A stretch of DNA of 64,000 nt from a virus. Positions 17,759-25,006 of the stretch are shown here, one piece after another (position 1 is the first letter of the stretch; each line of letters starts with the position of its first letter). Both the position numbers and the translations under genes were made by a program. Location of the stretch: positions 31,594-95,593 of IMG/VR virus record IMGVR_UViG_3300023296_000874; one strand, 5' to 3'. The notes below the pieces were generated by a model. That model did no database searches and was not told the DNA's origin. It saw nothing but the letters and a program-made list of their open reading frames with translations.

Positions 17759-18730
17759 TCAATCACCGAAGAAGTCCTTCGCCCACTCGAACTGGAAGCC
17801 CGCCCGTGCCGCAAAGGTCTGGTCGCTCTTCATGTCGCCCACGTAGATGCAGGCGTCCGGGTTGAGCTTGTACTTCTCGATGAACACGACGCCCATGCCT
17901 GCCATCGGCTTGCGCCAGTAGGAGCTCGGGGGTCCACCACGGTCAGGGGCGAACAGGTACTCGATGTCATGTCCGAGCTGCCGGTTGGTCTCATCGAAGC
18001 AGTCGCGGCAGGTGACGTCGCTGACGTACTTGGGGCTGTCCGAGGCTTGGCTCACACCGCTCTGGTTGCTGATGCCCAGGATCCGGTAGCCCTTGTCGAT
18101 GTACTCCTGGATGATGGCGGTACGTCCCTCCAGAGCGCGCACGTCCCCGATCTCCTTGGGGTAGTGGTCACCACTGTTGGTCAGGCGCAACGTGCCGTCG
18201 TAGTCGAGCAGCAGAGCCTTCCCCGTGTACTCGGAGCCGAAGTCGGTCACCACGTCCACTTCTTCGATGCTGTCGAAGCCCTCGGCCATGGTCGGGTCTT
18301 CGAACTGCTTCCAGTACGCAAACTGAGCCATGGGCGGGAACATGTTCGGGTTCTTGCGGTGCTTCTTGTACTCGGCCTTGCCGAAGAGCACACCGAACTT
18401 CTGGATCTGACGCCGGGCCGCAAAGAGCTGAGCCTGCTCACGGGTGGTCTGTAGCCACAGCACGCGGACAGGTAGGTTGAGCTGCCTTGCGTTCACCATC
18501 AGGCCCCGGCGTGCGGCGACGTTCCGGTAGGTGTTGTCAAGCACGAAGCGGCGCTTCCCGCGCTTGTACTGCTCCTGCATCACCTTGTAGATCTTGCTGT
18601 CGGGACTGTTCAGCTTCCCGCCGATCTCGTCACGGTTGATGCGGGTGTAGCCCTGCTTCACGAGGGATTGGACGTGCGTGGTCTTCCCGCCGCCCGGAGG
18701 TCCCATGACAATGACGATTTCGTGTTCCAT
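17759..18730 (-). CDS. Polynucleotide 5'-kinase/3'-phosphatase (Pnkp-like)
   Basis: N-terminal P-loop GPPGGGKTT. C-terminal HAD motifs LLLDYDGTL (DxDGT) and YVGDMKSD. Confidence 0.85.
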   Translation of the reverse strand: MEHEIVIVMGPPGGGKTTHVQSLVKQGYTRINRDEIGGKLNSPDSKIYKVMQEQYKRGKRRFVLDNTYRNVAARRGLMVNARQLNLPVRVLWLQTTREQAQLFAARRQIQKFGVLFGKAEYKKHRKNPNMFPPMAQFAYWKQFEDPTMAEGFDSIEEVDVVTDFGSEYTGKALLLDYDGTLRLTNSGDHYPKEIGDVRALEGRTAIIQEYIDKGYRILGISNQSGVSQASDSPKYVSDVTCRDCFDETNRQLGHDIEYLFAPDRGGPPSSYWRKPMAGMGVVFIEKYKLNPDACIYVGDMKSDQTFAARAGFQFEWAKDFFGD

Positions 18731-18988
18731 TCAATCCTCGAGTAGTAGCGCGAGCCTGTCCACTTCTTGTACAGGTGGTTCAACAACCTCAGGAGCCAGT
18801 TCGCGCGGTTCGTAATAGCCCGTCGTCCCGTCGTCATGACGGACGGTGAACACCGCGCCGTGCCCGTTCTTCAATCGGGTGATAATTCCGTACACGCCCC
18901 ACTTCCTCGAGAGGAGTGCTTCGGGCATCCAGTCATTCGATATGGACTCAGGGCGCACGGTGAGCACGCGGTCGTTCACGGCAATCAT
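18731..18988 (-). CDS. Hypothetical protein; C-terminus ...VDRLALLLED (recurrent terminal motif)
   Basis: ORF track. Confidence 0.5.
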   Translation of the reverse strand: MIAVNDRVLTVRPESISNDWMPEALLSRKWGVYGIITRLKNGHGAVFTVRHDDGTTGYYEPRELAPEVVEPPVQEVDRLALLLED

Positions 18989-19407
18989 ACTCCAATCTCC
19001 AGGTATGGGTTCTGAGGATCATTCGTGTTGGTGATGGCGATGATGCCGTCCAAATCTCTGAAAATGGTAGCCATCACTTCGTCGTAGGTGTTCCGGTTGA
19101 TGATCTGGTCCCTGTGCTTGAGGCACTGACCCTCCGCGAGGAGGATGTCAGGGGTGTACCGCTCCATGGTGGAGGGCCTCCTGTCCAAGACGAGGAGCAG
19201 CCTCTTGTCCTCGTTGTTCGCCAGTTCGCGCCACCGAAGCAGGTACGCTGACCGGACCTGGTACATGGACAGCAACGAGGTCATTTCGACGTTGAGGTCT
19301 GCCCTTGCAGCCTCGGTAGCTGCAAGGGTTTGCATGGCTCCTTCTGACACCCCCTCTTCCGGAGGGGGGTCAATCTCAAGTAGGAGGTGAAGCCTATCGA
19401 GAGCCAC
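18985..19407 (-). CDS. Hypothetical protein. Probable GTG start giving N-terminus VALDRLHLLLEIDPPPEEG (motif shared with 1198/1712 paralogs); alternative ATG at 19335
   Basis: The ORF-track N-terminus overlaps prs. GTG at 19405-19407 immediately precedes the DRLHLLLE motif. Confidence 0.4.
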   Translation of the reverse strand: MALDRLHLLLEIDPPPEEGVSEGAMQTLAATEAARADLNVEMTSLLSMYQVRSAYLLRWRELANNEDKRLLLVLDRRPSTMERYTPDILLAEGQCLKHRDQIINRNTYDEVMATIFRDLDGIIAITNTNDPQNPYLEIGV

Positions 19408-20380
19408 CCCAGCCTCGCGGGAGGTGGTGAAGCACGGAGTCCACCAACACCGGAGCGCATCGCATGATGCGGAAGATGCCGGAGGTGCCTGGCTTGTCAA
19501 GGGTGTTCACCATCTTCACGGCGCGCGGGTGGCTGTCAAAGGAGTACACCGCGTCGAGTACGCCGTCGAACATGGCGTGCGTGTCGGCGGGGCTCTTGGT
19601 GTAGACGCCGTGGCTCAGGATCGCGCTGACGCCAATGGCACCCGCGTCCATGTAGCTCTTCGCTCCACCCACGAGGCTGCTACCGCTCCGGGTCATGTCG
19701 TCCACGAGGATCACGTACTTGCCCTTGACGTCGGCGCTGACGTTGGTCACCTCGGTGGTCCCGCCGTCGATGCGTCGCTTGCCGATGAAGGCCGGGAGCC
19801 AGCCACCCATCTCGGAGGCGATGTACTCCACACGCTTCGCACCACCGGCATCAGCGGAGCCAATCACGGCATCAGCGACGCCCTGCTCAGCCACGATCTC
19901 GCGGATCGCGTCGAGGATGATCGGCTGTCCACGAGAGTGGATCTGGTGGGCTCGGTCTCCGAAGTAGTGGGGGATGCCCTCTGCATGGAGATCGAGGAAC
20001 ACGATCCGGTTGCCGTTGTAGGCCTCGGGGATGGCGCTGAGCAGCCGGGCGCGCGTCTTGGCAGTCACCACCTCACGCGTCTTGGGCTTGGCGCGCTCCA
20101 TGGTGCTGTACCCGAAGTAGGGGATCACGATGGTCAGAGAGCGAGCTCCGTAGGCCACAATCGCGCAGCAAGCGTCGAACATCTCCATCGTGTCGTTGTC
20201 GTTGATGGTGCCGCCGAGGTACACCACGTCACGGTCACGCACTGAGGTTTCGATGCGCTGGTACCGCTCCCCGTCAGGGAAGGTCTTGATCAGCACCTCG
20301 CCCCGGTCGAAGCAGGGGTCTACGTCAACAAACGTAGGGGCGAGGTACTCGTAGCTTCGGGTAGCAAAGAGAAGAGGCAC
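19394..20380 (-). CDS. prs: Ribose-phosphate pyrophosphokinase (PRPP synthetase) family; could alternatively be an ADP-ribose pyrophosphokinase (Adps)-type homolog
   Basis: IPYFGYSTMERAKP (Prs N-domain), GSADAGGAKRV, PRPP-binding loop VILVDDMTRSGSSL. Confidence 0.8.
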   Translation of the reverse strand: MPLLFATRSYEYLAPTFVDVDPCFDRGEVLIKTFPDGERYQRIETSVRDRDVVYLGGTINDNDTMEMFDACCAIVAYGARSLTIVIPYFGYSTMERAKPKTREVVTAKTRARLLSAIPEAYNGNRIVFLDLHAEGIPHYFGDRAHQIHSRGQPIILDAIREIVAEQGVADAVIGSADAGGAKRVEYIASEMGGWLPAFIGKRRIDGGTTEVTNVSADVKGKYVILVDDMTRSGSSLVGGAKSYMDAGAIGVSAILSHGVYTKSPADTHAMFDGVLDAVYSFDSHPRAVKMVNTLDKPGTSGIFRIMRCAPVLVDSVLHHLPRGWGGSR

Positions 20381-20393
20381 GTTGGTTCTCCTT

Positions 20394-21581
20394 TTAGAGG
20401 ACGCTCTCTACGATACGAACGTAGAGGTCATCCAGCTTGTCCATGTCGGGGCTGTAAGGTAGCACGGGAGTGAGCTCGGGAAGGGGCTCGAGGCCCTTCT
20501 TCACCCGCGCAGTCACACGCTGCTTCTCGGTACCGTAGTACGATGTGTAGATGTCACCGAGAGCGGCGTTCTCGCGATCAGCCCAGTCCACCAACTCGTC
20601 GTAGGTCCAGGCACCCTTGCGGATAGCGAGGAGCTCTTCACGGTCGATCCCGCCGCGCCACACATGCACCTTGCCCGTCGTCAAGATCTCCCGTCCCATG
20701 CGGAGCAGGCGAACGAGGTGGGCACCGTGCTTGGTGTCGTAGCCGGAGGCAGCTTCCAGCGCAGCCCGCTTGGGGTTCCGCTGACGCTTCCAGGTCTCGA
20801 AGCTCTTCCAGTTCTTTTGGGCGTCCTTGTACCGCTTCTCACCCTTGAGGGCCTCGAGCAGTCCTTCGTCGATCCCGATGGAGCGTGCGGCAGCAATCCA
20901 CAGTTCATCGTCGGTGGTCACGCCGATGGTGGCGAGGGTCTCAGCGATGTTGTCCTTGGCGCGGATCTTCTCGCTGTCGGCCATTTCGCCGAAGTCCCAC
21001 TTCCACTCGTCAAGCTGCTTGTCGATGGCGGCGAGGAGCACGTTGCGCTGATGCTGCGTCACCACTTCCTCACCGAGGCCAAACTCCTCGCGGGTCGGCT
21101 TGTGGGTCGGAGGGTTGAGCAACCAGGCCCGGTGTCCCTTGATGCGCTTGAGCTGCTGGAAGGCGTAGCCGGTGAAGCGGTGCTTGGCGGCTCCACTCAG
21201 GAAGAGGTCCCGGTGTTCGCGGAGCAACTGCCCGGCCCAGTTGTGCATGAGCAGCTCTTCGTCGCGGCAGAAGAGCACGTCGAGCATTCCGGGGTTGCAG
21301 TCGGCGGTCAGCTTCATGAACTTGCCGAGGCCGTACACGACGCCCTCGAGCTTCTCGCGTTCGGCGGCGTCCATCTGCTCGGCGTCGAGGTACTTGCGGA
21401 AGGGTTCCATCTGCCCAGGCTTGTCGCACTGGTCGAAACGCTTGCGGAAGGTCAAGTGGTACGGACGTGGAGGTAGGCAGACGCCCTTGAGGTCTACGTC
21501 CGAAGTGTCGGTGTGGAGCCCGTAAGCTCGGGAACCAGCCACTCCAACGAGGATCGCAGAGTCATGTAGGTCGAAATCCAT
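20394..21581 (-). CDS. Pol-beta-superfamily nucleotidyltransferase with a large helical C-terminal domain
   Basis: GVAGSRAYGLHTDTSDVDLKGV ([GS]-x9-13-DxD). 13-nt spacing to prs implies co-transcription. Confidence 0.7.
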   Translation of the reverse strand: MDFDLHDSAILVGVAGSRAYGLHTDTSDVDLKGVCLPPRPYHLTFRKRFDQCDKPGQMEPFRKYLDAEQMDAAEREKLEGVVYGLGKFMKLTADCNPGMLDVLFCRDEELLMHNWAGQLLREHRDLFLSGAAKHRFTGYAFQQLKRIKGHRAWLLNPPTHKPTREEFGLGEEVVTQHQRNVLLAAIDKQLDEWKWDFGEMADSEKIRAKDNIAETLATIGVTTDDELWIAAARSIGIDEGLLEALKGEKRYKDAQKNWKSFETWKRQRNPKRAALEAASGYDTKHGAHLVRLLRMGREILTTGKVHVWRGGIDREELLAIRKGAWTYDELVDWADRENAALGDIYTSYYGTEKQRVTARVKKGLEPLPELTPVLPYSPDMDKLDDLYVRIVESVL

Positions 21582-21604
21582 TGTGGCCTCCTTGCACAGC
21601 TATA

Positions 21605-21635
21605 CAACGCCACGAAGGCCCTGAAAGTCAGATAC
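21605..21635 (-). promoter_or_regulatory. Promoter-like motif, weaker (CAACG-N17-GTCAGATAC), upstream of the NTase-prs operon
   Basis: Motif family. Confidence 0.35.
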
Positions 21636-21645
21636 GTTCTTCTAT

Positions 21646-22155
21646 TCAGATGTGTCGCATGGTGTCAGTGTTGCGGCGCTTGGCTTCCGCCTCGTTGAAA
21701 TCCCGGTTGCGCCAACTGAACTCGTAGATGCTGAGGCGGCGCTTCTTCTCGTTCTGTCCATCAGGCTGGATGGTCACCGTCTTGTTGGTGATGCCCGTGA
21801 TGGTGCCGATGTAGCTGAGGTTGTAGCTGTGGTACTCGGCTCGGTCACCCACATGGAAGGTGCGGCGGTACTCAGCGGCCCCGTCTACGCGGTTGGAGTT
21901 GATGCCGTGTAGGCGGATGAAGGTGTACTCGTCCACGTAGGCGTGATGGCCTTCAGCCACTTCACCCACGATCATCACCCCACCGCTGCGCCGATTCTTG
22001 GCCCGCACGTTGTAGATCTGGTACAGGCCGAGCTTGCGGCTGACGGTCAACATGCGGTGAGCGGGGTCGGCGCACTCTGCTGCTTCGGTGCGTCCGGCAA
22101 CCTCGTTGTCGCGGTCGTCGTCATCATCCATCAGCAGTGCAAGTCGGTCGATCAT
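21646..22155 (-). CDS. Hypothetical protein; N-terminus MIDRLALLMDDDDD (recurrent terminal motif)
   Basis: ORF track; promoter-motif copy 20 nt upstream. Confidence 0.55.
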   Translation of the reverse strand: MIDRLALLMDDDDDRDNEVAGRTEAAECADPAHRMLTVSRKLGLYQIYNVRAKNRRSGGVMIVGEVAEGHHAYVDEYTFIRLHGINSNRVDGAAEYRRTFHVGDRAEYHSYNLSYIGTITGITNKTVTIQPDGQNEKKRRLSIYEFSWRNRDFNEAEAKRRNTDTMRHI

Positions 22156-22174
22156 TGAGCGCTCCTATACTCGG

Positions 22175-22206
22175 ACAACGTAGCGACAGGGGGAGATCTC
22201 AGAGAG
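22175..22206 (-). promoter_or_regulatory. Promoter-like motif CAACG-N17-CTCAGAGAGG
   Basis: Motif family. Confidence 0.5.
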
Positions 22207-22329
22207 GAACTCGCCCATTTTCACGCCTTGTCGCGGGTCACCTTCTTGTAGATGAGGCGGGCCATGGCTCCTCCGACACCTACGTCCTTGATTGGAGGGG
22301 CCTTGAGCGGCTTGGTGTTGGCGGGGATC

Positions 22330-22773
22330 TTAGCTGGCATCTGGGCTCCAAACTGGAAGGAAGCGTGCTTCCTCAAAGGTGTAGTCCCCTTCGACGGGGA
22401 TGTTGTAGTTGTGGCTGAAGTGCATGACGTTGATACGTCCACGCTCATCAGCACGTCGGTCGATGTTGGCCTGAGCAGCCTCAGGGTCGTTGGCGAAGTA
22501 CACCCACTCCCACTGGAAGCTCGTCCCTCGCGGGAGCCACTTCATGATGGAGCCGAGTGCCCGGCCACGGTGGAGCGGTCCGATGAGATGTGGGTCGGTG
22601 ATCACCACTCCGACACCTTCAGCGTAGGCGGTCAGAACCTCGGCGCGGACAACTGAGATGGTGCGGGGGTCGTCAATGAGGGTGTAGCCCTGCGTGACGT
22701 ACTCGCGCCTTGCCAGTTCTGTCTTGCCGGAGCCCGGTAGGCCCACGATGAAGGTGACGTTCACTCGATCCAC
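22330..22773 (-). CDS. Small P-loop NTPase/kinase-like protein
   Basis: Walker A GLPGSGKT. 147 aa. Confidence 0.6.
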   Translation of the reverse strand: MDRVNVTFIVGLPGSGKTELARREYVTQGYTLIDDPRTISVVRAEVLTAYAEGVGVVITDPHLIGPLHRGRALGSIMKWLPRGTSFQWEWVYFANDPEAAQANIDRRADERGRINVMHFSHNYNIPVEGDYTFEEARFLPVWSPDAS

Positions 22774-23414
22774 CCCTTGTTCCGGAAGTAGGAGAACAGG
22801 TCCTCCACCTTGCAGAGCTTGTAGGCGTAGTTGGTGCAGTTGCCGTAGTACTCGTTCTCTTCACGCGTCCCCGTCTTCACTACGGAGTGGAGCAGGCTCT
22901 TGTACTGCAAGAAGCTGAGATCAGGCTTGATCTCCTCAAGCACCTTGTCCAGAGCTACCAACTCTTCGGGCTGGTTGCCGGTGGAGTAGCCGGTCGATTC
23001 TGCATCATCCCAGCACGAGCCCCCACTCATGCCTCCGGTCTCCCATTCACAGAACAGGTACGCATCCTTCGTGGTCTTGGTCGCCTTGCGTCCATAGCCG
23101 TAGGATGCCCGGAAGGTGGGGTCCTGCTCACGGAAGCCGTTGCCCCAGTTGCCGACACTGATGTCAGCCTCCTCGCAGATCCGCTTCACACGGGTCACGA
23201 ACACAGCGAGTGGGGACATGCTCCGGGTACTGACGTCCAGCCAGCCTTCGGAGACGCAGTAGTCCCTACCCTGTTCGGTCAGGACGCCGTCGTCGGTGAT
23301 GAGGCACTTGCGAACGAGCGCGTCCTTGGTCGCCTTGGGAGCGTCGAAAACGTCTCCCTCACACAACCGTCGCAGGATGCGGTCTTGTGCGTCTGTGGTC
23401 TTGATTCGCGGCAT
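22761..23414 (-). CDS. Hypothetical protein
   Basis: 217-aa ORF; promoter-motif copy upstream. Confidence 0.5.
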   Translation of the reverse strand: MPRIKTTDAQDRILRRLCEGDVFDAPKATKDALVRKCLITDDGVLTEQGRDYCVSEGWLDVSTRSMSPLAVFVTRVKRICEEADISVGNWGNGFREQDPTFRASYGYGRKATKTTKDAYLFCEWETGGMSGGSCWDDAESTGYSTGNQPEELVALDKVLEEIKPDLSFLQYKSLLHSVVKTGTREENEYYGNCTNYAYKLCKVEDLFSYFRNKGWIE

Positions 23415-23434
23415 AGTGTCCTCCAGAGTCCTTC

Positions 23435-23464
23435 CAACACTTTTCGTCCTTGGAAGTTAGAGGG
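23435..23464 (-). promoter_or_regulatory. Promoter-like motif, variant (CAACA-N16-GTTAGAGGG)
   Basis: Motif family. Confidence 0.3.
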
Positions 23465-23471
23465 CTTCCAA

Positions 23472-23849
23472 TCAGATGAGTCCGGCCTTCACGGTCGCTA
23501 CGGGAAACTTGTACTTGCCGCCGCGCGGCCCAGTAGCACTCACCGGGTACTTGTAGCGGGTGAGCTTGAAGCCGGTCACCGTGTAGGTGGTCGGCCCCGA
23601 TTTGAACGTCCGGCCCATGAGGTCCTCGGGGAGGCCAAAGCCACGGCACGCGCTCAGGAAGGCTGCGCTAACGGCGGGCTTCCCATCATCACCGTTCACG
23701 GCGATGGTTTCGATGCGGAACTTGGCAGTGAGGCTGTCGAGGCCCAAGCTGCCACCGTCCGAAGTGATCGTCACCCCATGCTTGCGAGCAACCTCGGCGC
23801 AGGCGGCTTCCATATCTGCGGTGATCATGCGGGCGATTGCTCTGTTCAT
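23472..23849 (-). CDS. Hypothetical protein
   Basis: ORF track; promoter-motif copy 35 nt upstream. Confidence 0.5.
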   Translation of the reverse strand: MNRAIARMITADMEAACAEVARKHGVTITSDGGSLGLDSLTAKFRIETIAVNGDDGKPAVSAAFLSACRGFGLPEDLMGRTFKSGPTTYTVTGFKLTRYKYPVSATGPRGGKYKFPVATVKAGLI

Positions 23850-23883
23850 GTGGTGCTCCGTGCGTGGTTGCTTGCTACATACC

Positions 23884-23915
23884 TAACGCCCGCTGCCCCC
23901 ACGAACTCAGAGAGG
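23884..23915 (-). promoter_or_regulatory. Promoter-like motif TAACG-N17-CTCAGAGAGG
   Basis: Motif family. Confidence 0.5.
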
Positions 23916-23918
23916 ACT

Positions 23919-24131
23919 CTAAGCCGAGCCGTACTTGTACGACTTGAACATCTGGTACTCGGTGTCCTCAATGAAGCCAAGCGCCCCGAGGGCCTTCTTG
24001 TCCTCGTCACTCACCGAGTCGTACTCCACGCCCACCTGCATCACGTCGTGTTCACAGTGAGTGGGCCACTTCGTGTCGGTGTACTTCCCAAAGATGGTGA
24101 AGGCAGCGATCAGTTCTTCGCATCCGGTCAT
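23919..24131 (-). CDS. Hypothetical small protein
   Basis: ORF track. Confidence 0.4.
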   Translation of the reverse strand: MTGCEELIAAFTIFGKYTDTKWPTHCEHDVMQVGVEYDSVSDEDKKALGALGFIEDTEYQMFKSYKYGSA

Positions 24132-24949
24132 GGCGAGATCTCCTCAGTCACTCGGTTCACCTCTGCTACGAGCAGGTCAGTGTCACAGGCGTAGAGGCCT
24201 GCGGAGCTGAAGCTGCCCACTTCGAGGATGTGGTAGTTGCCCGCCTTGGTCTGACACATGTCGAGCACCCAAACGTGGTCAGGCTCGTACTTCTGCTCCA
24301 AGCAGTAGTCCACGAACTCCTGGCCACGTCGTAGGGCGTCAGCCGTGGCAAGCTCGCGGGGGTGGTTGTACCCGCGTCGATACAGAGAGCCGGTGACAAC
24401 GCGCCCCTGGGCCACGAAGAAACGCCACTCCACCTCTACGTTGATGGGTCGAGCGACAACCACCATCGTTTCGGGCTTCACCACGTCGTCGTAGAAGCCC
24501 ATCAGCTCGATGTCCCTGTCCCACGTCTCCCTCTTCAACAACTGTCCGCTGAAGAGCTTCCGGTTGCTGTCAGGGCGCACGAACAGGCACCCGTCCTCGC
24601 CCAACGCGGCGAAGAGCATCTCCTTGTGTGCAGTCAGGAGGCCGAACGGCATGAAGATGTGGTCGCGGTTGAGCAGACGGTCCCTGATGCGCGGGTAGTA
24701 GAAGGAGCACATGAGCTGGTCGGCGTTCTCGTAGACCGTCCATCCTTGCTCCCGCGCCATTTCCACTGCCTGAAGAGAGCCGTGGAACACCATCGGGTAG
24801 ACGCCGTTCGTGGCGGCGAGCATCTCGAACCCTCCGTCCATCGGCATGAACTTGGGAGCGTAAACACTCCACCCCAATGCCTCAGCGGAGGCAGCGAGCT
24901 TGCTCTCGTACTCAGGCTCGATGCCCGTTTCGATCACCCAACCGGGCAT
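24128..24949 (-). CDS. ATP-grasp fold protein
   Basis: VVARPINVEVEWRFFV...GRVV and VWVLDMCQTKAGNYHILEVGSFSSAGLY resemble the ATP-grasp central/C-terminal motifs. Confidence 0.5.
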   Translation of the reverse strand: MPGWVIETGIEPEYESKLAASAEALGWSVYAPKFMPMDGGFEMLAATNGVYPMVFHGSLQAVEMAREQGWTVYENADQLMCSFYYPRIRDRLLNRDHIFMPFGLLTAHKEMLFAALGEDGCLFVRPDSNRKLFSGQLLKRETWDRDIELMGFYDDVVKPETMVVVARPINVEVEWRFFVAQGRVVTGSLYRRGYNHPRELATADALRRGQEFVDYCLEQKYEPDHVWVLDMCQTKAGNYHILEVGSFSSAGLYACDTDLLVAEVNRVTEEISP

Positions 24950-25006
24950 GTAAGACTCCGTAGTAGTTTCTCGCCCTCAAACGGCGGCAGAGGGCGAGAA
25001 GTGCAA

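Noticed and set aside
17578-17814. 78-aa ORF overlapping the 3' end of the Pnkp gene
   Set aside because: 55-nt out-of-frame overlap with a strongly supported gene. No motif. Possibly a short real ORF with a later start, but the evidence is insufficient.
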